Source: the human T2T-CHM13v2.0 reference genome, Homo sapiens. Taken from it: a stretch of 64,000 nucleotides of DNA. The position numbers and the translations under genes were made by a program. The stretch lies in NCBI RefSeq assembly GCF_009914755.1, contig NC_060925.1. One strand, given 5' to 3'. Under the pieces are notes generated by a model, which saw only the letters and a program-made list of their open reading frames with translations, did no database searches and had not been told where the DNA came from. Shown in pieces: positions 1-15,660 of the stretch (position 1 is its first letter; the number at the start of each line of letters is the position of its first letter).

Positions 1-1290
1 AAACTGACGTAAGCCAAAGTAAAGAAGTGATGTGTTATTGACTCACATAAGTGAAAAGTCTGGGGTAGGGCTCAAGTATGACTTTTTCCAGGGTTGCAAA
101 CTCTGCCATTATAACTGGCCCCACTGTTTCTTGGCAGTGTTTCCTTCAGTGTTGGCTTCGTATGCAGGCAGGTTTTCCCCAGGTGTTTCCAAAATAACTC
201 TCCAACTGCTATTTTCCCCTGCTGTCACACCACCACACCATCAACACAGGAGACTTCTGTGACCGGGGTCGGGGGAGGGGTTCCCCATACACCAAGCATG
301 AACCCTAGCTGAGTGTCCTCTTCCAATTCAGTTTCACACTATCTACCTGGAGATAGTGTCAGATCCCACAGGTTGGGGGCTCAGTCCCCACAAGACCCCA
401 GTAACCCTGGACACCAGTCTCTAATCCAGGCTCCCAGAACTTCTAACCAACTGGCTTTGAGTTGGGGTTCCCATGACCCCCTGTTTGGATTTAATTTGCT
501 GGATCAGCTCACGGAACTCAGGAAACACTTATTTACATTTACGGGCTTATTATAAAGACTCCTGCGAAGGGTACAGATGAAGAGCTGTGTAGGGTGAGGT
601 ATGTGGGAAGGGGTGCAGAGCTTCCATGCCCTCCCTGGGCACCACCACCCAGGAACTTCCACATGTTCAGCTATCCAGAAGCTCCTCAAACCAGGACTCT
701 TGGGTTTTTATGGAAGCTTCTTGATGTTGGCATTCCTTTCCCCAGGCTATAGCGTGGGACCCTATCTGGGGAGGGTCTTAAAAACCACAGTCAGAAAGGT
801 TAGGCAAGATTAGAGTCCTGCCTTGGGGCAGGTGAAAGGAGGGAGGAGAAGATCAGAGAGATTCTGTTTCTTGAGGCCTGCTCCTGGGGCGGAACACACC
901 CAACATTATAACAAAAGACAATAGGAGTTATGAGCCAGGAACCAATACATGTTATGGACAAAAAACTATACATATATATTTATCATAACATTATAACACA
1001 ATGTGGCAAGAAGGTCACCAGCCACTCCAGTCACACATTATGCCAGCTGTGAGATAGGCAGAGAGAGCTCCTCCTTCCTCAGTTTCATTACTGGTATTTA
1101 TTCTCCTTGCACCATCCTGGGTCATGTCCCTAGGAAGATGGGAGGTATCGGTCACTGGTACAGAGGTGTGAGAGGTGCGTGATCACCTTTATCCAAATCA
1201 ATTGAACTGACAGTCTGGAGAGTGGATGGCTCCCTCTGAAGAGGAATATCAAGGTGTCTCACCAACAGGGCCAGTGTCCATAGGGCTGTC
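1..1290. mobile_element. Old MaLR LTR (MLT1J/K-like) split by the MER21 insertion
   Basis: MLT1-like text (ttattgactcacataagtgaaaagtc; ggcttc..caggcaggttttcccc) resumes after about 1000 (gtggcaagaaggtcaccagccactccag). Confidence 0.55.
184..998 (-). mobile_element. MER21-family ERVL solo LTR
   Basis: Motifs atctacctggagatagtgtcagatcccacaggttgggggctcagtcccc and ggaactcaggaaacacttatttac...gatacagatgaa; TG...CA ends; similar to the copy at 50346-51619. Confidence 0.8.
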
Positions 1291-1423
1291 CAAACAACAC
1301 ATAGCTTCTTCCTTTTGCTTAGATGTCACCGTTTAAGGATGTTCGTGCACAAGGTAGTATTTAGAAATTTAGAAAATAAATCATCTTTCCACATTCAGTG
1401 CATCTTTGCTTCCAGTCTGATTT

Positions 1424-1948
1424 TGATACGGGAGTTCAGAAGAAAGTACCTGGGCAGATAGTGAGGGTAGGGGCATCCTCGGTAAGATTTTCCTTTTAAT
1501 GTAAAGCAGCCCCCAAATGGCATGTTCAGAATGGCGGCTCCATCTGCCCTTCTCTCTATCAGTCACGTGTAGAGTAAGGAGCAGAGAAGATGGTGTCCTT
1601 AGAGTGGAAAGTCTATTTGCATAATAAGATTAGGGTGGGGTGGCCAGCCTTCTCTGCAAGCTATGTAAAGGTCACTCCTGATGGAACCAATGTGTTGGCC
1701 CTACATAAATCAGACACCACCTCCTCAAGCTGAAATATAAAATCCAGCTCATCCATCCCAGCCGGCCTTTTCCTCTCGGAATCCCGTCTCTATCACTAGA
1801 GAGGGAGCTCTTTTCCTTTCTCTTTCTTTCTCTTTCTTTTGCCTATTAAACCTCCTCTCCTAAACTCCTCCTGTATGTCTGTGTCCTGAATTTTCTTGGC
1901 GCGAGACAATGAGCCCCGGGTATTTACCCCAGACAACGTACCGCTTGA
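1424..1948 (+). mobile_element. ERV1-class solo LTR (MER50-like)
   Basis: Starts tgatacgggagttcagaagaaa...ggcagatagtgagggta, ends ccccagacaacgtaccgcttga; 4-bp TSD ATTT (1420-1423/1949-1952); CCAAT, TATAAAA and ATTAAA in LTR order. Confidence 0.75.
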
Positions 1949-2111
1949 ATTTTACTAGTCCAGTGGAGGCTCCCATTGTCAAAGCCCTTTATAGCAAAGC
2001 TCTTAAAGTGTGTTTATTTCATAAAGTCCAAGGATTCATTGTCTTATTTTAAAACTAATGTTTAATCACTCACTGTTTTTATGCTTTATCAGCACTTGTT
2101 AAAGATAATTT

Positions 2112-2358
2112 GGCTTGAGGCCAAGAGTTCCAGACCAGCCTGAGCAATATAGTGAGACGCTGTCTCTAAAAAATAAAAAAAAAATACTAAAATTAGCTGG
2201 GTGTGGTGGTGCATGCCTGTAGTCTCAGCTGCTTGGGAGACTGAGGCAGGAGGATCCCTTGAGCCCAGGAGTTTGAGACTGCAGTGAACTATGATAGTGT
2301 CACTGGACTCCAGCCTGTGTGACAGAGGGAAGCTCTGTCTTTGGAAAAAAAAAAAAAG
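2112..2358 (+). mobile_element. AluJ, 5'-truncated
   Basis: Alu body with AluJ-type right arm (ggatcccttgagcccaggagtttgag) and A-tail. Confidence 0.9.
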
Positions 2359-2874
2359 AGATAGCTAAGATAGCTTGTATTTGTACTCTGATCAGCCTCT
2401 TTGGAAGCCCTTGTAGTTCTGTTTGAATGCCTCTCTTTGGAGCTTGGGCATGGCATGGCTTACCACATTGAGCAATGGCATGAGACCATTTCTATGTAGG
2501 CTTCTAAAGGGAAACATGCTCCTGTTAATGTGGAAATAAATTCAGCTGTAAGTTTATGTTTGTCAGGGCCCAGGAAGAGTAAGAATACAGGGTGAGAACG
2601 CGTAGGGAAATGCTCATTTCCATTAAAGCATATAAATAGAGGGAGGTTAGAGCTGTCAAAAACAAATCCTCCCCACATTTAGACTGTTAATATAAATTAA
2701 GAAGTTGTCAACCGTGTATCAAGGTGGAAGGAAAGACTCAACAAAGATAATGTTGGGAAAGGGCCATGTTGATTACAGAGGATTTATAGACTAATTTTGA
2801 TTTAGGAAATGTATTATATCAACAATTGCTGAACATTTTCTTTAATTCTAGAAGCAAAAGCAACTTTAATCTGA

Positions 2875-3203
<329 letters not shown>

Positions 3204-3206
3204 TGA

Positions 3207-3572
<366 letters not shown>

Positions 3573-3623
3573 TGAATTAGCTGGGGGTTGCCAGTGCTTC
3601 CTTTCCCTTTCCCATTTCTTTTC

Positions 3624-3726
3624 ATGGGGTCTTGCTATGTTGCCTCAAACTCCTGGGCTCAAGCAATCCTCCTGCTTCAGCCTCCCGAGTAGCTAGGACT
3701 ACAGGCATGCACAACTGCACCTGGCT
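3624..3726 (-). mobile_element. Alu monomer fragment (FLAM/AluJ-like)
   Basis: ggggtcttgctatgttgcc..caaactcctgggctcaagcaatcctcc... Confidence 0.75.
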
Positions 3727-5116
3727 TTGTGTTATTCTTTTTTAGAGAGGTATATTCTTCACTTTGTTGGATGCCAATTTTGTTTATGAAACATTTGAAT
3801 TCCCAAGTAACCTTGGTACTTTTACTTATTTTAAAAGTAATTGAATCTTCCTCTCCTTTCATATATTTTTGGCCTGATTTTTTGCAGCATTTGCTCTCTT
3901 ATTATATTTGATTGGAATTTTGCTCAGAAATAAGATTTGTTTCTGATGATTTATTTTTGGATGATTTAATTCCATCTATAGGATTACATGACTTAATAAC
4001 TACTAGCATATAAATTCACTCATGAAATAGAGAACCTAAAACATTTGATTGTCAATTTTAGTGGAAGATGCATACAAAGTTTCGTCTCAGTTACCACCTT
4101 ATTTCTTGTGGTCCTACATATTATTTTGCGAGTGGCTATTGCTATTAACTGAAAGATAACTTTTTGAATTTTTATTTTGTCTAGTAGTAGCACTAGTATA
4201 AATATTACTGTCATCTGCTTCTCATTTTAATTTGAAAGAAAACATCTTTTAATGATTCCTGCCTTATAAACCCTATAATGATTTTCTTTCCTAATTTTTC
4301 TATGAGACTGCTTGAGAAGGAGGGAGAAGGAAAAGCTCTCGACACTGTGAAATAGCTTACTGGAAGAGTAAGCATTTAAGCTCGTGCAAAAATAATTGTT
4401 TCTTTAAAAACTGCCTTTTCGCTACAGCTACACTTTTCTTGTCATTTCCTTTTGCTCTCCAGTTTTAAATTACACAGACTTTCGTAGAGTGCCCACTCTC
4501 CCTTTCTCACCTATTCATTGTGGAAAGATTCCTGTCAGGGCTAATCTTTAATAAGAGAGGCAGTTACAGTAACTATAGGGCGAAGAAGGGAACAGTAAAA
4601 GTTGAGCCCACTCAGATGTCATGGACCTGAAAGGTGCTGGTGGGTTGGAAGCTTCATTATGCTCAGCTGCTACAAGAGATTTCCTCTTTTTAGATTGATT
4701 AAGAAAAGGGGCTCAGATGACAGGTTAATAGGCTGCCCCTCACCAGCCATTGTGGCTCATCCAGGAGTGGGCACACCATGGGAAGAACACACAAAAGAGA
4801 AACATTTTGCAGAACAAAGACCACTCCAGGAGTATTGAGGTACCAGGAGGAAGGTGGAATAGAACCTTGTGGCAATGAAGGAAAGAAAAAAATCATTGTT
4901 TTAAGAGGGAGATCTGCTGCTGGCTCTGCTGGAAGAAAGTAGAGTCCAGGATATCTTAGGTGAGTCTTAAAACTGAAAAGTAACACTGTAATTGACAATA
5001 GGGAGAGGGTGAGGAAAGATCCAGAGTTTCTGTCCATGCTGGTACCTCAACTACAAAACAGGAGGCTTAAGGGTTTTCGCAGAATCTGAGTAGAAGTGAT
5101 ACAAAAATGATACATT

Positions 5117-5467
<351 letters not shown>

Positions 5468-5868
5468 TCAAAGGAGAAATACTGCTTTGGGTTGTGCATT
5501 AGTTGCTATTTGACTAAGTCATGTTTTGCTAAAAGTATCTTCAACATGAACTCTGGGGTTATTTTCTTGTTTTTTATTTCCCCTCATCAGTCATCACCCA
5601 GAGATTCCCAGGCTGGAAATTCCTTCTTTCTTTATTCATATGAAATTTAGTTTTTGCTTATAATATAGACTTCACACTGTTTCCTTCTTAGAAGAGGATG
5701 TTTTAATGTAACTGGGTATAAGCTGTATTGAGGCATGTAAAACAATGAAGGAAGGAACCCATTTTTATGATGAAGAGACAGGAAAATAGAGTTGTGACAC
5801 TACCTTAGTACTGAGAGGTTTTTTAAAGATCTAGTTTGGATTTTTGAAAGACATACACAGATGACTAG

Positions 5869-6189
<321 letters not shown>

Positions 6190-6569
6190 GAACAAATGTA
6201 CTCTTAGACATTTTTTTAATCTTTAGATTGAGCATCTTTGGATATCAGATACCAGCTGAGTTTAAATAACTAGTTTCCATTACTAGATGAAATTTTGATG
6301 AGAACCTTTAGAAGGTTAGTAATTTCTTTGTCCAACCCAAATGTAGTTTTTATATTACTCATAGTAAATGCCATTTTACATTTTCCTTCAAGATTTGTCT
6401 TGCTTAACAGTGCTGTCTGTCTTCCATGAGTCATACTGACCCAGTACAAGGTCCTCGTGGGTGATCAGATCTCACCAAAATTGGTTTCTGATGCTGCTGA
6501 AACTGCATATGACCTTGTTCATGACCTCTGGTGCTACTCCAAGTAGCTTGGATATGGATATTAGTATTA

Positions 6570-6815
6570 GTAACTATATTATGGTACTTCATAGTTTACA
6601 AAGGGCTTTCATATATTTTACTTACTTTGATCTTTATGGTAATTATTTGATATAGTTAAGGAGCAAGTGTAGATTTTTTATTTTTTAATAAATGAGATAA
6701 TTGAATCTCATTGAAGTGGATTATTCCAAGGTTGACCATCTAGAAAGTGAGAGATTTGATATTTTTAACTCAAGTGTTTTGACTCCTAGTTCAGAGTTCT
6801 TTCCACTCTAGCATT
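6570..6815 (-). mobile_element. MIR
   Basis: Degenerate MIR core (aaatgagataattga...ccaaggttgaccatctagaaagtg...gactcctagttcagagttctttccact). Confidence 0.6.
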
Positions 6816-6914
6816 GGCCTCAAAATATCAAGCCCTAAGAAATTCTGTTAGTTGCTTCCTTTATTTTTGTGCTTTGGCTAGAGTTTTATTGGTTTTATTT
6901 TTAAATTTGCATCT

Positions 6915-7095
6915 TTTTACTCACTCATTCAATCATCAAACACTCACTGAACATCTGTTATATTCCAGGGATGATGATACACACAGGTGCAGCAAGAATA
7001 AGACATGAGGCTCATTCTTGCAGAGTACAGTCTAAGAAAGAGAGAGTCAAAAGCAAGCAATGTGATGAGGGTTGTGAAGCGTGGTCCCAGTGAGG
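6915..7095 (-). mobile_element. L2 3'-end fragment
   Basis: tcattcaatcatcaaacactcactgaacatctgttatattccagg = reverse complement of the L2 3' end. Confidence 0.6.
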
Positions 7096-7619
7096 AAATT
7101 CATCAGTCTACTCTTCGATTTACAGAGTGGTTTACACTTTGATCCTGTAGAAATGCATTTTTTAGGCAACTTAGAACGGTCTTTCTTAATATGCCTCAGG
7201 TAGTAATGGGATGGACTAATCTGTGTGAAGGTAAACTGAATGGCAGATTGGGAATAGCTCTACAGGACTGTGTTACATTTAACAGCTGGGGAGACGGGCA
7301 CACTGCTCCCAGCGTGGCTCTTGCCTTCCACGCACTGCCCTGGCATCCTGATCTTTTTTGTCTTAGACCTGTGTTAACACAGACACTATCATGATCAGTT
7401 ATCTGCTGGTTCCCTCTAAGTGGTCTCTAAGTGCTTTGAGTGCCCTTGTTGCCAACATTTTTAGAATACTCAACTCAGCATGTCCAACTTGTTCACATGC
7501 TAGTAGTGCATTTTATCTTCTCAGCCATTCTTCTTCTTCCATTTTCTATGGTAATACCATGCATTTCCTTGGTATTTTAGAGCTTAAAGATAGTCTCTCA
7601 TTTAAAGGGATATCGTCCA

Positions 7620-8152
7620 ATGTTTAAGTCTTGTCCTCGTGTCTAATCTCAAGTGTGTCCTGGCAGTCCTCCCTTTACTAAGGCAGTTCCCTGTCTCGTA
7701 TTCCTCAAAGCCCGTCTTCCCTTCCCATTCTCAGCTGATTTCACTGAGAAAACAGAAGCAGTTGGAAGAGAACTTATACATCCTTTCACCCGCCAAACTC
7801 CCAGCCACTTTACCTTTGCTCCTATCTGAAGCCACCACCTCCACCTGTGCTTTGATCCCAGGTGGAGATACACCTATCCCATCTCTTGCCCAAATCACTA
7901 ACTTCTTATTTGATCTTTTCAGGATTATTTCCATCAGCATGTAAACATGTGATCATATCTTCTTACCGTCCCTCAAGTGTATCAAAAACACTGTTGTTGG
8001 AACTTTCTCCTAGCTAGCCTATGATTTTCTCTCTCACAAATTCAGATTATGTTAGCAGAGGGATCTTCCCTGTATAGCCCATTTAAAATATCAACTCCCA
8101 TTATTGCTCTGTCCTACCCTACTTTATTTTCTTTATACCAATTCCCCAACAG

Positions 8153-8197
<45 letters not shown>

Positions 8198-9734
8198 CAT
8201 ATAGATACATTGTCTCTCCCTATTTTATTTCTACAAAGACAGGAGTTTTGTCTGTTTCGATCTTTCCTTTCCATAGTGCCCAAAATAGTGCCTGAAATGT
8301 CACAGACAGCCCCAGATATTTACTTTTTTGACTCCATATCGTCTTCAGCTACTATACCATTTCTTTGCTCACCTTTGTAAAACAAGTCAAGAGTTGTCTG
8401 TACCTGCTGCTCTGCTGCTTCTCTTCTCATTCATTCTTAAGTCCCCTCCATTCTGGATCTCTTCCCCACAGCTCCACTGAAATGGCCCTTGACCAGACCA
8501 CCAGTGAACACCACGTTGCCAAATGTAATGGCAATTCTAAACTGCCTTCTCACTCAACTTCCAGGTAGCATTCTACCTGGTTGACTATTTTTTCTCTTTG
8601 TAATCTGTTTAGATCGGTTGGCCCCTGACTTTCTTTCTACCTTAGAGGTCATTCTTTATAATTAGCCTTTGTTGAATTCCTCCCCTCTTTCCAACCTCAT
8701 AATGTTGGTGTGCACCAGGGTTCACTTTTAGATCGTCCTGTCTTTAGTTACCTATTCATTCCCTTAGTGATCTCAGCTGGTATCATGTCTTTATATATGT
8801 TCTTCACAGGGATGAGTCCTAAATATTTATCTTCAGCCATGACATTTTTCTTGAATTCCAGATTTGCATATCCAACTGCCAACTTGATATCTCACTTGGA
8901 AGAACATCATCACAAACCTAACTCATCTGAAGTTGGCTTCACATTCTCCTCCCCTATCACTAACTGCCTTTCCCACAGTATTCCCCATTTCGGTACATGG
9001 TACCACCATTTATCCAGTTGTTCAGACCTAAACCCTTCTAATTATTCTTTCTCCTATCGTTATCCCACATCAGCAAATCCTGTCAATTCCATTTTTAAAA
9101 AAAATATATCTGGATTCTGACCTTTTCCCGGCACTTCCACAGGTCACACCCTAATAGAAGCCACCATCGTCTTTTGCTTGGCTACGGTAACAACCTCTCA
9201 TGCCCCTAGCATGGCTTCCTGAGTGGTTCTTTTAGAGTGGGAATGAGTCATGTCCTTCCTCTGCTTGCAACTCTCTGTGGCTCCCAAGGTACTTGGACCA
9301 AACTCCAAAGCCCTTCTCAGTCCTCCGTGGCCCTCTGGGTCTACCCTGCCTGGTCTCTGCACTCATTTCCTCCTACTCAACTCAGCCCACCAGCCCATTT
9401 GTTCTTCCTGGAGCCGACTGAGACATTTCCTACTGCAGAGCTTTTGTGTTGGCTGCTCTTTCCTGCCTGGAATATTCCACAGGCTCACTCCCAGCTTTAT
9501 GCAGTTCTTGGATTAGTGTCCCCTCATCAGAGAGGTCATTTACGACCATCCTGTAATATATCCACCTTGATCCTTCAGCCCTGTCGTTAGAATTCCTGGC
9601 TTTTATCACGAGCTGACATTACATTTTGTAACTATTCATTTACTTGTTTATCAATCTCCTCCCAAGTGTAAGCTCCATGGGTGTAAGAAATTGTTCTGTC
9701 TCATTCACAGTCTTATGTGTTGAATGAATGAATT
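7620..9734 (+). mobile_element. L2 (L2a-like) long fragment
   Basis: C/T-rich L2 ORF2 and 3'UTR-like text ending in tgttgaatgaatgaat. Confidence 0.7.
8154..8194. repeat. (TG)20 microsatellite
   Basis: Direct reading. Confidence 0.98.
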
Positions 9735-9997
9735 TAATTTTTACAAAAATAGAAATGAGGAAGTAACAAGTATTCGTAGTCTTTTATATTCTGGTAATTG
9801 TTTCCTGGGTACTTTGTTAAAATTATATTTTGATTAATCCCTTGTGACAATCCTCTAAGGTGGAGATTTCAGAGAGGAAAAACATTGCAATCCCAGTGAC
9901 TAGTAAAAGGAAAGCTAGAGAGCTGGGATGCAAACCCTGGGTGTGTCTATTGCAAAAGCAAATCTCTTTCCACTTAATCCATATTCTTTATTTATTA

Positions 9998-10351
<354 letters not shown>

Positions 10352-12973
10352 TTACAAATTATTATTATATTACTTATTATTTCTGTCTAATAGATGAGAT
10401 CACTGAGGATGAAGTGACAGGTGAGTTACCTGGGGTCATGCCACTAGACCCCACCACTCATGCTGGAAAAAGGACTTCAGAACCTGGTTCTGATTTGGCT
10501 TCAGTGGGCTCTTTTTGTACAACCACAAGATTTCTGCAATGCAGATACTTTGTGTATCTCACTTTATCTGAGCAACTTTTATGTTTTCCATCCATTATAT
10601 TTTACCCCTTGTAAACTGGCAGAGGCTCACATTTGTAAGTTAAACACCAAGCTTTTCAAAACCTAGTCCTAAAACTTGTATCATGATTTTGCTTCATGTG
10701 CAAGCTAACCTTTGATTTCTCTTCATAGTACCTGTGTAAACTGAATGAAAACAGCAGTTGAACTGAAATTTGCTGTTTTGCTTGTACTTACTTTCTCCTC
10801 TGCCAATGTACAACCTAACTTTTATCAGGAATAGTTTATTGCTCAGGTATAGTTTGCTGGTTCATCCGTTCATTTTCAGGCTGGAGAAAAGCCTTCAGCT
10901 GAAATATCTACCAATTGCAAGAAAAGTGAGGTAATTTACGGAAAGTCTACAAAAATAGGGAGTCATGGTGCCTGGTACACCAGATGATAATCAACATGTT
11001 AATTAAAGAATTATGTTTATAATTAGCCTGAAAGAAGATAATTTAATAGGTTGGCCAATTACAGAGATAAATTGGAGGCTGAAATTGCAAACTTATATTT
11101 CACTGTGTTTTTCAAAAGCACATCTATGAACTGATAGATAAATGTTATGTCCATACACACAGAGCTATGAAACCCTTCTATAAACATGAAATTGGGGAGA
11201 TACATGTCAAAACATATCCCAGAAACAAGATTAAAATTACTTCTGTGAATAATGCTATACCATGCCCCATGTTTTTGCTGAAAACTCATTGGTGTTTATT
11301 CTCCTATGATGGTATACTAAATATCTGTCCAGATTACTGTTATTTTTTTTTATTTAGTCTTGAGAATTTGCCCTGTGTTTGTGCAATACAAGAAAAAATA
11401 CACTTGCTGAAGGTCATTGTGTTGTGCAATACAAGAAAGAACCATGTCTTCAAAATCACCTTATCTTGAAATAATAGATTTTGGATAGAGAGATTTAGGT
11501 CTTGAAAATTGCTTCTAAAATTACTTCTCCATCTTTTCTTGTGCAGTATTTGGAGCTTATGCAATAAACCAGTCTTTTCAGTATCTCTCTTTAAAATGTG
11601 ATATTTTCAGTGTCCTTACTTAACATGGAATAATCGTACACAGTGGTTTTCTTTTCAGAATTTTAACATGGTTTGTACAATCTGAGTCTGGTATAGGTCT
11701 TTGAGAATGTCTACCACTTGTTTATTGTGGTCTCATTCTTTAGAGAGGAGGAGGATGGTTTTCAGCATTCTAAAATATGCAAGCAACGGACACCAATCTG
11801 TTATGTGTACTCTATACATATATTTATACTTACACATGGGTCTCATCTGCTCTAAATATTTAAGCGTGGTATGAATAAATACATTTAATGTTTCATAGAC
11901 ACATAATATCTCACAGTTTGTAGAACAGACAATGCTCTCTGGTGTAATTACCAGGCTGATCCTAAGGGGCCAGCCTGTCTGGCACTTGCTTTCATCTCTG
12001 AATACTTTATGCTTATGGATAAACCAGGTGACAAGGAGATGCCTTGGAGTGCTAAATTCTGCTTGTCTCAATGTTTGATTTTAACTCTTTATGTGCTAAT
12101 GGGAACACTCATTTTCTTTAACAGCCATTTCTTTGGGCCTGTTCTACTTTAGGTATGAGAGGCTCAGGAAAACTTTCTTATCCTCAGCACACACATTATG
12201 ATGAAGTTTAACCAGAGTCTTGATAAGTGAGCAATCTTCAATGCCAACTGGGAAATTCAGATCATTCACAACTGGGAACATAGGCATAGATTTGATTCAT
12301 GCTATTTTTTAAGTGGAAAAGAGAAACAGGTGCATTTTTGTTGATGTTACTGTTTGGTGAATGTATCTGTCGATGTTAATCTCATCTCACATGAAACAGA
12401 CACTGAATTTGAATGTCTGAAATATGTCCAGTCTTTTTAGATCTGATATTTTTACTCATATGCCAACTTTCTTATGATAATTGTCAAATTAAATGCTAAA
12501 TTCTGATAGCTGCTTCCATTGGTGGATTCCACATAGATGACATCTATATCCAAGCCATTTTAGGCTCTTCACTTCTTTTTATCTTTTTCTAAAAGTTAAA
12601 ACATTTCAGGACCTTACTTAGTTTAGGGGATTTATAACATAGGAACAAAAAAATTTCCTTTGCCTCCTGGTTTCTGGGAATCTGTCTTTCTTTCTTTGCT
12701 TAGTATTTATCAAGAAGTATAGTTTGCCATCACTACATATTAGATGACATTCATGAGGGCAGTTTCAATTTTTTTCACACATTTTGAAATCAAATTTCAC
12801 TAGACAATAGATGGGATCTATCACGATACTGAAATGGATTTTCCATGTGATCATATGGGCACATTGATCCTGACTATATCAGTTCTTCTGTGATTGGCAC
12901 TCGATTGATTGCAGGATTGTATCTGCATCCACAAATTATTTGTGTGATGTTCTAGTTGTGCTGCTTGCTATAC

Positions 12974-12976
<3 letters not shown>

Positions 12977-13016
<40 letters not shown>
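12977..13016. repeat. (TG)20 microsatellite
   Basis: Direct reading. Confidence 0.98.
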
Positions 13017-13018
<2 letters not shown>

Positions 13019-13151
13019 TTTAGCTTTTCTTTAGTAATTTCACAGCTCTACTATTCTATGGCCTGCCAAGGGGGACACAGGAGTGTGGCAGAGGGAGAAG
13101 TCAGCCAGGTGATTTGGAGTTTATTCCCTGACAGTCTTTAGAATTGCCTTT

Positions 13152-13551
13152 TGATGTGGTTTGGCTGTGTCACCACCCAAATCTCATCTTGAATTGTAGC
13201 TCCCATAATTCCCACATGTTGTGGGAGGGACTCAGTGGGAGATAATTGAATCATAGGGGCAGTTTCCCCCATACTGTTATGGTGGTAGTGAATAAATCTC
13301 ATGAAATCTGATGATTTTATAAGGGGAAACCCATGTCGCTTGTCTCACATTTTCTCTTGTCTGCCGCCGTGTAAGATGTGCCTTTCACCTTCTGCCATGA
13401 TTGGGAGGCCTCCCTAGCCACGTGGAACTGTGAGTCCATTAAACCTCTTTTTCTTTATAAATTACTCAGTCTCTGGTATGTCTTTATCAGCAGCGTGAGA
13501 ATAGACTAATACAGTAAGTTGGTACCAGGAGTGTGAGAACAGACTAATACA
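13152..13551 (+). mobile_element. THE1 (MaLR) element: 5' LTR 13152-13513, short internal stub, last ~20 bp of the 3' LTR
   Basis: tgatgtggtttggctgtgtcaccacccaaatctc...gactaataca, then gtaagttggtaccag (THE1-int start), then a second gagaacagactaataca; TSD CCTTT/CCTGT. Confidence 0.9.
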
Positions 13552-14689
13552 CCTGTGTATGGTGATTATAGAAAGGAAACCAAATTTTCATCAGTAGATT
13601 ACCATTTCAAAGCTCCCTACAAAGTCATCACCTTCTTGCCTGCATCTGGGGCTGGCTGTGCCCTTGACTCCTTCACCTTCCTTGGTTCTCTGCTGCTCCT
13701 CTTAATTATTCCGTTTCCTGGATTTTAGGGTAACATGGAAACTTGTGAAAGCGGTAATTGAAGAGGAAGACACTCTGCTGGCTTCTGAGCCAATAACTTT
13801 GTTTTATCAAGTACTTTAATGAATTCCAAAGGATATGGCAGATGTTAATACATTCATTCTTCCTAAAATAGCCCAAAAAAGTAGGCTTAACTCTAGTATT
13901 TTTCCATCTCTAAAATGCAAAGTGAGAACGGTCGCTTTCTCATCTTCTGTGCTGATCTCCCTCTTCCACTCTACTTTTTTCTCCTTTACCAAAAATTTGA
14001 GTGACTTTACTTGAGGCTGCCCTTCCTTAGTCTAAATTTTAATTACCTATTCATGATATAGCCAACCTTCTCTTTCTCACCTCACCATTGCATCCCACTC
14101 CTCCATTCAAACCAATTTGCTTGGCATTTTCTGTAAATTTGTTTTTCATGTGGTTTTGTTGTCATTGACACTATTCAGGGTGCATACGATAAGTCTAGAG
14201 TCTATTCACTTTAGCTGTAGCCTACTATCTAAAGATATTTGGGAAATCACAGGACTGTACTTTGTCTTTTAATGCAGTGATTTGATATCATTGTAGGAGA
14301 CAATATAGTCTTGAGGCTAGGAGCATAGATTTTGGAATTGTGTGGGCCCAGATTTGTCTCATTCGACCACCTGCGCATCCATGAGCAAATGGCTTACTCT
14401 TACAATGGCTCTTTCTGCTCATCTGTAGGGTAACCATAATAATAGTAATAGTAATTAACTCATAGAGCTCTTCATTTCTTAGCCATTGACCGTCGCTTCT
14501 GTGCCAGATGCTGTGCTATATGATAGGTATAAGTTGATAAATAAAACTAACATGAACCTCCCTTTGCTATTTCATTGAGATAATGCATAGTACCTGGGAG
14601 TAGATGCTTAATGATACACCTAGGAAGGAGGTAGTTCTAGAATGTAATCAATGGTAGCTTCTTTCCCTTTTAAAGGTATAGAAAGTATC

Positions 14690-15660
<971 letters not shown>

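Noticed and set aside
13862-13872. MEF2-like CTAAAATAG sites (also near 21120 and 27322) as cardiac enhancers
   Set aside because: One base short of the CTA(A/T)4TAG consensus and common in AT-rich DNA; not supportable without chromatin or conservation data.
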